A stretch of DNA of 32,000 nucleotides from Erysipelotrichaceae bacterium (GCA_963663995.1 OY760660.1:1470001-1502000), one strand, 5' to 3'; shown: positions 1 through 7,929, counted from the first letter of the stretch. Translations and numbers: made by a program. Notes: generated by a model from the letters alone, not told the origin.

Positions 1-1089
1 CTTAAATCTTTAGATGTTGAAGTCGAACAAAAAGGTGAAGATATTATTATCGATCCTAGTCATATGAATAATATTGCTTTAGATCATTCATCTGTTACAA
101 AACTGAGAGCTTCCTATTATTTTATGGGTGCTCTTTTAGGCCGTTTTAAGAAAGTTTCCATGAAAATGCCGGGAGGCTGTTATCTAGGACCTCGTCCAAT
201 TGACTTACACTTAAAAGGATTTGAAGCTTTAGGTGCAAGCGTCGATTACTCAAATGGGTTTTATCACATTCAAGCTAAAGAACTTGTTGGAGCAAAAATC
301 TATTTAGATACAACATCAGTAGGTGCAACGATCAACATTATGATGGCTTCTGTTTATGCAAAAGGTCGGACAACGATTGAGAATGCTGCAAAAGAACCAG
401 AAATTATTGATGTTGCGACATTCTTAAATAAAATGGGAGCACAAATTCGTGGTGCAGGGACGAATATCATCACAATTGATGGAGTTGAAGAACTCAGTGG
501 TTGTGTCCATGAAATTATTCCTGATCGTATTGAAGCAGGTACATTTATTGTGATTGCTGCAGCAGCTGCTAAAGAAATGGTTATTGAGAATATCATTCCT
601 CATCACTTGGATTCACTCTTATCTAAACTGGAAGAAATGGGTGTTCCTTTACAAATAGAAATTGATAAAGTTACTGTTAGAGCTGCCAGTCATTTAAAAG
701 CAGTTGATATCCAGACACTTCCTTATCCTGGTTTCGCGACAGATCTTCAACAACCCTTAACGCCACTTCTTTGTGTGGCTGAAGGAAATAGTCAAGTTAA
801 AGAAACTATTTATGTTGAACGCTTTAAGCACTGCCTTGAACTACAACGTATGGGTGCAAACATAAATTTAAGTCCAGCTTTCGCAAACATTTCTGGTCCG
901 ACACATTTAAATGGTGATATCGTGACAGCAACAGATCTTAGATGTGGTGCAAGTTTAGTCGTGGCTGGTTTAATGGCTAAAGGTATTACTGAAATCCATG
1001 ATGTTTATCACATCGATCGTGGATATGATCGTTTAGATGAAAAATTAAGAGCCTGCGGTGCCAAAATCTGGAGAGAAGAAGTTCAATGA
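1..1089 (+). CDS. murA: UDP-N-acetylglucosamine 1-carboxyvinyltransferase (MurA), 5'-truncated by the window edge
   Basis: Frame 1 is open from base 1 ([21 protein letters not shown] precedes the first Met at 64), so the gene starts upstream of the window. MurA hallmarks are present: [35 protein letters not shown] (active-site Cys loop), [31 protein letters not shown]. Confidence 0.9.
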   Translation, partial: LKSLDVEVEQKGEDIIIDPSHMNNIALDHSSVTKLRASYYFMGALLGRFKKVSMKMPGGCYLGPRPIDLHLKGFEALGASVDYSNGFYHIQAKELVGAKIYLDTTSVGATINIMMASVYAKGRTTIENAAKEPEIIDVATFLNKMGAQIRGAGTNIITIDGVEELSGCVHEIIPDRIEAGTFIVIAAAAAKEMVIENIIPHHLDSLLSKLEEMGVPLQIEIDKVTVRAASHLKAVDIQTLPYPGFATDLQQPLTPLLCVAEGNSQVKETIYVERFKHCLELQRMGANINLSPAFANISGPTHLNGDIVTATDLRCGASLVVAGLMAKGITEIHDVYHIDRGYDRLDEKLRACGAKIWREEVQ

Positions 1090-1529
1090 ATGAATTCATT
1101 CTAATCCATGTTGCTCATAACGATATTCAAATGGCTCTATGTTTAAAAATTCGAGAAGAAGTATTTATAAAAGAACAAAGTGTTCCTCGAGATATTGAAA
1201 TAGATGAACATGATGTATTAACAGATCCTGTATGCAAACACTTTTTATTGGTAGTTAATGGAATGCCTGCTGGTACAGCACGTGCGATAACTCTAGAAGA
1301 CCAATCCATTAAAATTCAAAGAGTGGCTATATACAAAAAATATCGTGGATTAGGATTTGGAAAAGTATTGCTTAACAATATTGAAGATTACTATAAAGCG
1401 TCAAAATACGTCCTTGGTGCCCAAGAACATGCGATTCCTTTTTATGAAAAGTTAGGCTATGTTATTACATCGGATATTTATTTAGATGCAGATATAAGAC
1501 ATAAAGATATGGAAAAGGTTATTAAATAG
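1086..1529 (+). CDS. GNAT-family N-acetyltransferase (147 aa)
   Basis: GNAT motif A: [20 protein letters not shown], then FYEKLGY. The start ATG overlaps the murA stop (ATGA at 1086-1089). Confidence 0.8.
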   Translation: MNEFILIHVAHNDIQMALCLKIREEVFIKEQSVPRDIEIDEHDVLTDPVCKHFLLVVNGMPAGTARAITLEDQSIKIQRVAIYKKYRGLGFGKVLLNNIEDYYKASKYVLGAQEHAIPFYEKLGYVITSDIYLDADIRHKDMEKVIK

Positions 1530-1537
1530 CCTTTTTT

Positions 1538-2368
1538 CTATTTGAACCGTGTTCGATAGGAACAGTGTTGGCATAGATCCTCAACTAAAGTGTTTTGTTT
1601 AAAGCCATTGGTTAGACTTATTAAACGCTTTGAACTTAAAATTTGATCCAATGACGATTCATAGATATTACCGATTTTTAAATGTGCTTGTGGATCTAAA
1701 CAACATGGTGTAACAGAACCGTCATTAAGAATAGCCAACATCTTTGTTCCTGCATGACATCGTCCTATATTTGAAACATGAGCAGAATTTAAACTTGGCC
1801 ATTCGAATTGATCATCTAAATCAATGGTTAAATTGTCTGTGTAACGAAGTCTCTTCTTTCCAATCGATTGAATAAGGCTAGAATCAAGATCAGGTAATAA
1901 ACGATTAAGAATAAGATTCATTTTTTCTGATTTTTGATTCCATATGCGTAAAAAAACGGATGCGTTTGACTGAAGAATACTTTCTTTAAGTTCAAGTAAC
2001 TGTTTGAGATGTTGATTAAATTTCACTTCATCAAACTCTTCCCAAGCATGAAGTGATATTGAAAGCTGAGCTAATGATGGATGTTTTAGAAAAGCATCAG
2101 ATAAGTTATAAAGTAGAGTACCATTTGTGACGATGTGCACTTTTAACTGATATTGATAAGCAATGTCACAAAATTGAAGTAGAAGAGGATGAGTTAAAGG
2201 TTCACCTTGAACATGTAGATAGATATGTTTTGTGTGAGTATGAATAGACTTAATAATATGAGTGAATTGATCAATCGACATTAATCCAGCTTCTTTTGTA
2301 GAAGGTGGACAGAAGGAGCAACTTAGATTACAACGATTGGTAATCTCAATGTAGACTCGTTTAATCAT
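1538..2368 (-). CDS. Radical SAM enzyme with a C-terminal Cys-rich (SPASM/twitch-like) region (276 aa)
   Basis: N-terminal CX3CX2C (NRCNLSCSFCP). GEPL glycine-rich SAM motif (VQGEPLTHP). C-terminal CHAGTKMLAILNDGSVTPCC fits CX12GX4C, followed by CQHC near the C-terminus. The start overlaps the yaaA stop by 8 nt. Confidence 0.8.
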   Translation of the reverse strand: MIKRVYIEITNRCNLSCSFCPPSTKEAGLMSIDQFTHIIKSIHTHTKHIYLHVQGEPLTHPLLLQFCDIAYQYQLKVHIVTNGTLLYNLSDAFLKHPSLAQLSISLHAWEEFDEVKFNQHLKQLLELKESILQSNASVFLRIWNQKSEKMNLILNRLLPDLDSSLIQSIGKKRLRYTDNLTIDLDDQFEWPSLNSAHVSNIGRCHAGTKMLAILNDGSVTPCCLDPQAHLKIGNIYESSLDQILSSKRLISLTNGFKQNTLVEDLCQHCSYRTRFK

Positions 2369-3080
2369 TTATATAGCGCACAAAGATACTTTGTGTTTGG
2401 TCGTGGGATTCTAAAATATAATCTTTTAAACATAGATGTCTTAAGTCATCAATAGTTTCTAGCTTACTAAGAATAGCCCATTCAAGTGTTTGACCACGAG
2501 CTTTCTTTGCTTCAGCTGAATTGATTGTTCTTTTCCCATTTTTCTCATCATAGAAATAGAGAGTATGGAGACAAGGATGTTGAATAAATTGGCTAAATTC
2601 TTCAGAAGCTATATTTAAAATCCAGTCTTCATTTTTAAAATAGTTTGATAGTTTATTTGCCCAAAACTTCTTTAAATTCAATTGTTTAAAAGACATGACA
2701 AAATCTAAACGATAGGGCCAGATTGGTGTTAAAGGACTAAGTACACCATACATTGCAGATAGTATGCTTAAATGTGATTCAAGATAATCAAGTTGGTCTT
2801 GATTGTAAGCTGAAATATGTAATTGGCGATAAGCTAAACCATTATAGAGTTCAATGGCATTGTACTTTGGCTGACTAGTATTGAAATTATGATATAAGTC
2901 ATAGGTCTCTTGCGTTAATTTATCGCTGATTTTCATACTTTGTTGAATGCTTTTTTTTGATAATTTGCTAAGTTTATTAAATAACTGTAGAGCTTCTGTT
3001 TCAAAGAATAATGATTTTTCATAAGAGCTTTCTTCACAGTTGAAATTTAAGGTTTTGGCGGGAGATAAAATAATTTTCAT
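2361..3080 (-). CDS. yaaA: YaaA/UPF0246 (DUF328) peroxide-stress family protein (239 aa)
   Basis: Characteristic N-terminus MKIILSPAKTLN (the SPAK motif) and a length typical of the family. Followed on the same strand by the overlapping radical SAM gene. Confidence 0.85.
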   Translation of the reverse strand: MKIILSPAKTLNFNCEESSYEKSLFFETEALQLFNKLSKLSKKSIQQSMKISDKLTQETYDLYHNFNTSQPKYNAIELYNGLAYRQLHISAYNQDQLDYLESHLSILSAMYGVLSPLTPIWPYRLDFVMSFKQLNLKKFWANKLSNYFKNEDWILNIASEEFSQFIQHPCLHTLYFYDEKNGKRTINSAEAKKARGQTLEWAILSKLETIDDLRHLCLKDYILESHDQTQSIFVRYIND

Positions 3081-3133
3081 GACTTTATTAAATCATACTA
3101 TGTCTTTATTAATTCTACTTTTGGATAATTTAA

Positions 3134-3146
3134 TAAAATAATAAAA
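3134..3146. repeat. Left copy of the 13-bp direct repeat TAAAATAATAAAA (target-site duplication of the IS)
   Basis: The identical 13-mer abuts the outer ends of both IS inverted repeats (3134-3146 and 4366-4378). Confidence 0.8.
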
Positions 3147-4365
3147 CCTCAATTGTAAAATGAACTCGTCCACCCGTTAGAAAAAGAAAAGCACCATTCA
3201 TAAGAATCCTAGTATCATTAAGTTGCGAAACACATGAGAAAGGACTTATGAACGATGCAACACAATGATATAACGACTAGAACTAAAGGACAACATTTAA
3301 GTTTGTCTGAACGGATAGAAATTCAAACACAGAAGCGATGTGGCTATTCTAATCGGCTGATCGCGAAAAATCTTAATCGAAGTCACTCAACGATTAACGA
3401 CGAAATCAAACGTGGTTCAGCGATTCAAAAGAAGATTGTGAATGGTTATACTTATACCACTGAACTCTATTACGCAGAGACGGGTCAAATCGTTTATGAG
3501 CGACATCGCTTAAACAGTCGACCACAGCCCAAGCTAGCTAAGGTAAAAGCCTTTATAGATTACGCTACACAAAAGATTAGTGTTGATAAGTGGTCACCTG
3601 ATATTGTCGTCGGACGAGCTTTAAAAGAAGGACATTTTGATCGGTCTGAAGCAGTCTGTGCTAAGACCTTATACAACTATATTGATAGAGGTTTAATCAA
3701 GGATTTGAATAACTTAAATCTATGGTTGAAACTTAGACGAAAGACAAAGTCTAAGAAAGCACCTAAACATCGTAGAGTCTTAGGTCAATCGATAGATTGT
3801 AGACCTCAAGAAATCAATGACAGAAGCACATTTGGTCATTGGGAAATAGATACTGTCATCGGAAAGAAGAAAAAGGATGAACCCGTTCTGCTTACTATGA
3901 CAGAAAGGCTAACTCGTTATCAAATCATTCTGAAGATTAAAGGCAAATATGAAGAAGCCGTTAATGAAGGACTTAAACAATTAAACCTAGATCATCCGCA
4001 TTTTCCACAAATCTTTAAATCCATTACCAGTGATAATGGCTCAGAGTTTGCAGGTTTATCAGAGCTTATACAAGATCTAAGTGATGTTTACTTCGCTCAT
4101 CCCTATTCATCTTGGGAAAGAGGAACGAATGAAAGACACAATGGAATAATTAGACGTTCTATTCCTAAAGGTAAATCATTAAAAACGATATCTGACTTAA
4201 CGATCGACCAAGTGGTTCATTCCATGAACCACTTACCACGTAAGATACTCAATTATCAAACACCCACTGAATCCATTCTTTTCCACTACAATCAAATTCA
4301 AACAACTTAATGATTCTTGATTTTCTTTATTTCAAAAAGTGGACGGGTTGATATTGCAATTTAGG
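3147..4365 (+). mobile_element. Intact IS30-family insertion sequence (1219 bp)
   Basis: A single transposase ORF is bounded by imperfect 27-bp terminal inverted repeats. IRL is 3147-3173 (cctcaattgtaaaatgaactcgtccac). The reverse complement of IRR 4339-4365 is cctaaattgcaatatcaacccgtccac. The two match at 22 of 27 positions. Flanked by a 13-bp direct repeat. Confidence 0.85.
3255..4310 (+). CDS. IS30-family DDE transposase (351 aa)
   Basis: N-terminal HTH region (LSLSERIEIQTQKRCGYSNRLIAKNLNRSHSTINDEIKRG). DDE/rve core with HWEIDTV, ITSDNGSEF and WERGTNERHNGIIRR, the typical IS30 signature. Confidence 0.9.
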   Translation: MQHNDITTRTKGQHLSLSERIEIQTQKRCGYSNRLIAKNLNRSHSTINDEIKRGSAIQKKIVNGYTYTTELYYAETGQIVYERHRLNSRPQPKLAKVKAFIDYATQKISVDKWSPDIVVGRALKEGHFDRSEAVCAKTLYNYIDRGLIKDLNNLNLWLKLRRKTKSKKAPKHRRVLGQSIDCRPQEINDRSTFGHWEIDTVIGKKKKDEPVLLTMTERLTRYQIILKIKGKYEEAVNEGLKQLNLDHPHFPQIFKSITSDNGSEFAGLSELIQDLSDVYFAHPYSSWERGTNERHNGIIRRSIPKGKSLKTISDLTIDQVVHSMNHLPRKILNYQTPTESILFHYNQIQTT

Positions 4366-4378
4366 TAAAATAATAAAA
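4366..4378. repeat. Right copy of the 13-bp direct repeat TAAAATAATAAAA
   Basis: Identical to 3134-3146 and immediately outside IRR. Confidence 0.8.
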
Positions 4379-4427
4379 GGATTATACTAATAGAAGAAAG
4401 AATTTATCTAAAGGGAGGAATAAAAAG

Positions 4428-4943
4428 ATGGGTAAATCAGCAGTCGCAATATTAAATTTAGATGTAGAGAAGTTAATTAATACCTTAAATGAGGCTTTAG
4501 CAGAAGAGTGGTTAGCGTATTATCAATATTGGGTTGGAGCACGCTTGATGGAAGGACCTATGCGGAATGAAGTTGAAACAGAACTTCTTATTCATGCAAC
4601 AGAGGAACTTGCACATGCAGATTTGATTGTTAATCGTATTATTCAATTAGGTGGTACTCCTTTAACCAATCCAGCACAATGGTTTGATAAAGCTAAATGT
4701 GCATATGAAGATCCAACGGATCCATATGTTGAAGTTATCCTTGAACAAAATCTAAAGGGTGAAAGATGTGCAATAGCGAGATATCAACAATTGGCTCAAA
4801 TGACCGATGGCAAAGATCATGCAACACATCAAATGGTGACACAAATTCTTAATGACGAATTAGAACATGAAGAAGACATTGAATCATTTATCGCAGATAT
4901 TCAAAGACTTAAAGACGATATTCGTAAAATTCGTTTTGAGTAG
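4428..4943 (+). CDS. Ferritin-like four-helix-bundle protein, Dps-like (DPSL / bacterioferritin-type di-iron site) (171 aa)
   Basis: Two ExxH motifs (EELAH, ELEH) plus upstream Glu residues (LAEEW, ILEQN) typical of a bacterioferritin-type ferroxidase centre. Mini-ferritin size. Two Cys (KAKCAY, GERCAI) 23 residues apart. GGGAGG Shine-Dalgarno at 4413-4418. Confidence 0.75.
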   Translation: MGKSAVAILNLDVEKLINTLNEALAEEWLAYYQYWVGARLMEGPMRNEVETELLIHATEELAHADLIVNRIIQLGGTPLTNPAQWFDKAKCAYEDPTDPYVEVILEQNLKGERCAIARYQQLAQMTDGKDHATHQMVTQILNDELEHEEDIESFIADIQRLKDDIRKIRFE

Positions 4944-4975
4944 AATTCTTTCGTTAAGAATTGCACACTTTAATC

Positions 4976-5005
4976 TTGCATAGTAGTAAATGCTTGTGCT
5001 ATATT
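4976..5005 (+). promoter_or_regulatory. Putative sigma-A-type promoter for rpmE
   Basis: TTGCAT (4976-4981), an 18-nt spacer, then TGC-TATATT (extended -10, hexamer 5000-5005). About 55 nt upstream of the rpmE start. Confidence 0.4.
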
Positions 5006-5059
5006 ATTAAAGCACTTACTTTAGGTTGACAAGATACCTAAGGCGGAAGGAGAAACAGT

Positions 5060-5263
5060 ATGAAACAAGGAATTCATCCAGAATATCATACGGTTAAAGT
5101 ACACTGCATTACATGTGGTAATGAATTTGAATCTAAATCAACAGCGAAAGAAATTCGTGTTGACTCATGTTCAAACTGTCACCCATTCTATACAGGTAAA
5201 CAACGTTTTGCTCAAGCAGCTGGACGTGTTGAGAAATTTAATCGTAAATACGGAATTAAGTAG
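5060..5263 (+). CDS. rpmE: 50S ribosomal protein L31, Zn-ribbon (Cys-containing) type
   Basis: [11 protein letters not shown]-terminus, CxxC (CITCGNEF) plus [12 protein letters not shown], 67 aa. GGAAGGAG Shine-Dalgarno upstream. Confidence 0.95.
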   Translation: MKQGIHPEYHTVKVHCITCGNEFESKSTAKEIRVDSCSNCHPFYTGKQRFAQAAGRVEKFNRKYGIK

Positions 5264-5270
5264 TCATCTA

Positions 5271-5297
5271 AAAGGAACGAAATGTTCCTTTTTATTT
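5271..5297 (+). terminator. Rho-independent terminator after rpmE
   Basis: Stem aaaggaac (5271-5278) pairs with gttccttt (5284-5291), with a 5-nt loop, followed by a T-rich tail. Confidence 0.7.
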
Positions 5298-5338
5298 GTG
5301 ATAAAATATAAACGTTTAGAAGAAGGACATAAAATATC

Positions 5339-5935
5339 ATGATGTATCAAATGTATCGACCAGGATATGTAGAAGTCATTTCCGGTTGCATGTTTGCGGG
5401 TAAAACTGAAGAGTTAATTCGTCGAATTAAGGTTTTAGAATTCGCAAAGAAAAATGTATTAGTTTTTAAACCAGCGATCGATAATCGTTATAGTGATACA
5501 AAGGTTGTATCTCATGCCGGTGGTAGCGTCGAGAGTTTTGTTGTAAGCGATGCAAGATCAATCTTAGACTTTATTAAAGACGATACAGATGTTGTTGCGA
5601 TTGATGAAGTTCAATTCTTTGAAGAAGATATTTTGCTCGTTGTCGACTACTTAGCTAAAAAAGGGATTAGAGTAATGGCTGCAGGTTTAGATACAGATTT
5701 TAGAGCTGAACCTTTTGGGGTGATGCCACAACTTATTACGCAAGCTGAGTTTGTCACTAAACTAACAGCTGTTTGTGTCAAATGTGGCGCACCAGCAACT
5801 CGTACTCAACGAATTGTGAATGGTAAACCAGCACGTTTTACCGATCCAATTATTATGGTTGGCGCAGCAGAAAGCTATGAAGCTCGTTGCCGTCACTGTC
5901 ATGAAGTTGTTGATAAACCTGAAATTAAAGGTTAG
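5339..5935 (+). CDS. tdk: Thymidine kinase
   Basis: P-loop [20 protein letters not shown], and C-terminal Zn-binding Cys pairs (CVKCG ... CRHCH). The start could be any of Met 1, 2 or 5. Confidence 0.9.
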   Translation: MMYQMYRPGYVEVISGCMFAGKTEELIRRIKVLEFAKKNVLVFKPAIDNRYSDTKVVSHAGGSVESFVVSDARSILDFIKDDTDVVAIDEVQFFEEDILLVVDYLAKKGIRVMAAGLDTDFRAEPFGVMPQLITQAEFVTKLTAVCVKCGAPATRTQRIVNGKPARFTDPIIMVGAAESYEARCRHCHEVVDKPEIKG

Positions 5936-5962
5936 CTAAATACAAGTAAAAAGGAAACACTA

Positions 5963-5991
5963 AGTAGCCATTTTTTGGTTACTTTCTTTTT
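5963..5991 (+). terminator. Hairpin plus T-tract between tdk and prfA (terminator or attenuator)
   Basis: agtagcca (5963-5970) pairs with tggttact (5976-5983), 8 bp including one G-U. Loop ttttt, then ttcttttt. It ends 5 nt before the prfA AGGAGG (5997-6002). Confidence 0.5.
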
Positions 5992-6007
5992 GATATAGGA
6001 GGATATT

Positions 6008-7090
6008 ATGCAAAATATCGATGTCATGCTTAAACGTTTAGAAACGATGCATGAAGAATACGTACAATTGAGTGAAGATGTTATGAATCCAGCTATGATG
6101 GCGGATAATCGTGAATATGCTAAACTCGCTAAAAAACAAGCATCCATGCGCAATGTTATGGATAAATATGAAGAATTACTCGAACTTAGAAAACACTTAT
6201 TTGAAGCCATTGAGATGAGTAACGAGAAAGATCAAGAACTTCGTGAACTTGCAGAAATGGAAATTGAAGAATTAGAACCTAAACATGATGATTTAGTGGC
6301 TCAACTTGAAATTCTATTGATCCCTAAAGATCCTAATGATGATCATGATGCGATTATTGAAATTCGTGGAGCTGCTGGTGGTGATGAAGGTAATATTTTT
6401 GCTGGAGATCTTTATCGTATGTATCAAAGATATTCAGAAGTTAATGGTTTTAAGATTGAAATTATGGAGGCTTCAGAAGCTGAAATGGGTGGGTATACAC
6501 TTATCTCGTTTTTAGTTAAAGGAAATGAAGCTTATCGTCATTTCAAATTTGAATCAGGATCGCATCGCGTACAACGTGTTCCTAAGACTGAAACTCAAGG
6601 TCGTGTTCATACTTCTACGGCGACAGTTTTAGTTATGCCAAATATTGAAGAAGAAGAAAGTGAAATCGATATGGCAGATCTAACTTTTGAAACTCACCGA
6701 GCTTCTGGAGCGGGTGGACAACATGTTAATAAAACAGATTCTGCTGTTCGTATTACACATGTTCCTACAGGAATCTCAGTTAACTGCCAAGATGGTCGAT
6801 CTCAACATGAAAATAGAGCGACAGCTCTAAGGATTATTCGTGCTAAAGTAGCCGAAGTTTTGGAAGAAAGAGCAGCAGCTGAAAGAGGCGAAGTTCGTAA
6901 AGCTAAAATTGGTACAGGCGATCGTTCTGAAAAAATTAGAACTTATAACTATCCACAAAACCGTGTAACTGATCATCGTATTGGTTTAACACTCAATCAA
7001 CTTGATCGTATTGTTGAAGGCAAACTAGCTGATGTTGTGGATGCACTTCTTGAAGAAGAACAAAAACAAAAACTTGCAGGTAATGCATGA
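6008..7090 (+). CDS. prfA: Peptide chain release factor 1
   Basis: GGQ motif (SGAGGQHVNK), RF1-type PxT tripeptide (RVPKTETQGRVHTS), 360 aa. Confidence 0.95.
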   Translation: MQNIDVMLKRLETMHEEYVQLSEDVMNPAMMADNREYAKLAKKQASMRNVMDKYEELLELRKHLFEAIEMSNEKDQELRELAEMEIEELEPKHDDLVAQLEILLIPKDPNDDHDAIIEIRGAAGGDEGNIFAGDLYRMYQRYSEVNGFKIEIMEASEAEMGGYTLISFLVKGNEAYRHFKFESGSHRVQRVPKTETQGRVHTSTATVLVMPNIEEEESEIDMADLTFETHRASGAGGQHVNKTDSAVRITHVPTGISVNCQDGRSQHENRATALRIIRAKVAEVLEERAAAERGEVRKAKIGTGDRSEKIRTYNYPQNRVTDHRIGLTLNQLDRIVEGKLADVVDALLEEEQKQKLAGNA

Positions 7091-7929
7091 TAATTAGAAA
7101 ACTCATTGTAAAGACACAAAAAGATTTAGCGAAGAATAATATTCCTGAATCTTATGTTAAATATGTTTTAAATGAACTCTTTCTTGAAAAAGGAAAAAGT
7201 CTTTATGATGCATTGGATGAAGAACTAGACCAAGAAACACAAAAAAGATTTGACGAAATTGTTGAACGTTTGTTAAAAGATGAACCTTTAGCTTATGTCT
7301 TAGGTTATCAATATTTCTATGATTATAAATTTGAAGTTAATCCAAGTGTTTTAATACCTCGTTTTGAAACAGAAGAATTAGTATTAAGAGTATTGATGGA
7401 ACTGGATGAATCTTTTGCGGAAGATTGTACATTATTAGACATCGGAACTGGTTCTGGAGCGATTGCCTGTGTCTTAAAAGCTGAAAAACCACAGATGAAA
7501 GTATATGCATCTGATATCAGTGAAGAGGCATTAGTTCAAGCACAAAAGAATGCAAAAAGTTTGAATCTTGATATTGAATTTATGCAAGGCGATATGGCTC
7601 AACCATTTGTTGATAAAGAAATCAAAGCTGATGTTTTAGTTTGCAATCCTCCATATATTCCACAAGATGAGAATATAGAGAACAGTGTTAAGGAATATGA
7701 ACCACATGTCGCATTATTTGGTGGCGAAGATGGTTTATATTTTTATCGCAAAGTATTGAAGTCAGCACCCAATATTCTAAATAAAAAAAGCTTACTTGCT
7801 TTTGAAATGGGATGGGATCAAAAAGTTAATCTAAGCAATTTAGTGAAAGAGACTTTTCCACAAGCCGATATCGAGTGCATACAAGATATGGCAGGAAAAG
7901 ATCGTATCTTAATTGTTCGTAATTTTTAA
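7087..7929 (+). CDS. prmC: Release-factor glutamine N5-methyltransferase (PrmC/HemK)
   Basis: NPPY catalytic motif (VCNPPYIP), SAM-binding LDIGTGSGAI. ATGA overlap with the prfA stop, in the classical prfA-prmC arrangement. Confidence 0.9.
   Translation: MIIRKLIVKTQKDLAKNNIPESYVKYVLNELFLEKGKSLYDALDEELDQETQKRFDEIVERLLKDEPLAYVLGYQYFYDYKFEVNPSVLIPRFETEELVLRVLMELDESFAEDCTLLDIGTGSGAIACVLKAEKPQMKVYASDISEEALVQAQKNAKSLNLDIEFMQGDMAQPFVDKEIKADVLVCNPPYIPQDENIENSVKEYEPHVALFGGEDGLYFYRKVLKSAPNILNKKSLLAFEMGWDQKVNLSNLVKETFPQADIECIQDMAGKDRILIVRNF

Noticed and set aside
354-606. Two minus-strand ORFs (80 aa and 60 aa) inside murA
   Set aside because: They are fully embedded antisense to a strongly supported gene and have low-complexity, Ser/Ile-rich translations with no ribosome-binding site. 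These are typical shadow ORFs. The same reasoning applies to 1127-1309, 5932-6210, 10139-10381, 10544-10729, 10926-11165, 13049-13339, 13930-14178, 14368-14580, 14844-15251, 19132-19425, 21244-21438, 21674-21937, 22459-22743, 23782-24069, 24478-24684, 27522-27749, 29172-29369 and 30538-30732.
3131-3146. A possible Fur/PerR box in the A/T-rich sequence TAATAAAATAATAAAA upstream of yaaA
   Set aside because: The sequence is not palindromic (its reverse complement is TTTTATTATTTTATTA) and does not fit the 7-1-7 Fur-family pattern. It is better explained as the duplicated IS target.
3134-4378. Whether the 13-bp repeats are part of the IS ends rather than a target duplication
   Set aside because: They are in direct, not inverted, orientation. 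The inverted-repeat similarity stops exactly at 3147 and 4365, so a target-site duplication is the simpler reading. This is still listed as something to verify with other copies of the element.
4942-4963. A hairpin (aattctt / aagaatt) right after the dps-like stop, as a terminator
   Set aside because: It has only 7 bp, is A/T-rich and is not followed by a T-tract. It is too weak to call. The dps-like transcript may end elsewhere or read into rpmE.
5115-5342. A 75-aa plus-strand ORF overlapping rpmE and the rpmE terminator
   Set aside because: It is out of frame with the well-supported L31 gene, runs through an intrinsic terminator and has no ribosome-binding site. The plus-strand ORFs at 15228-15440 (inside atpA) and 23718-23900 (inside ftsH) are rejected likewise.
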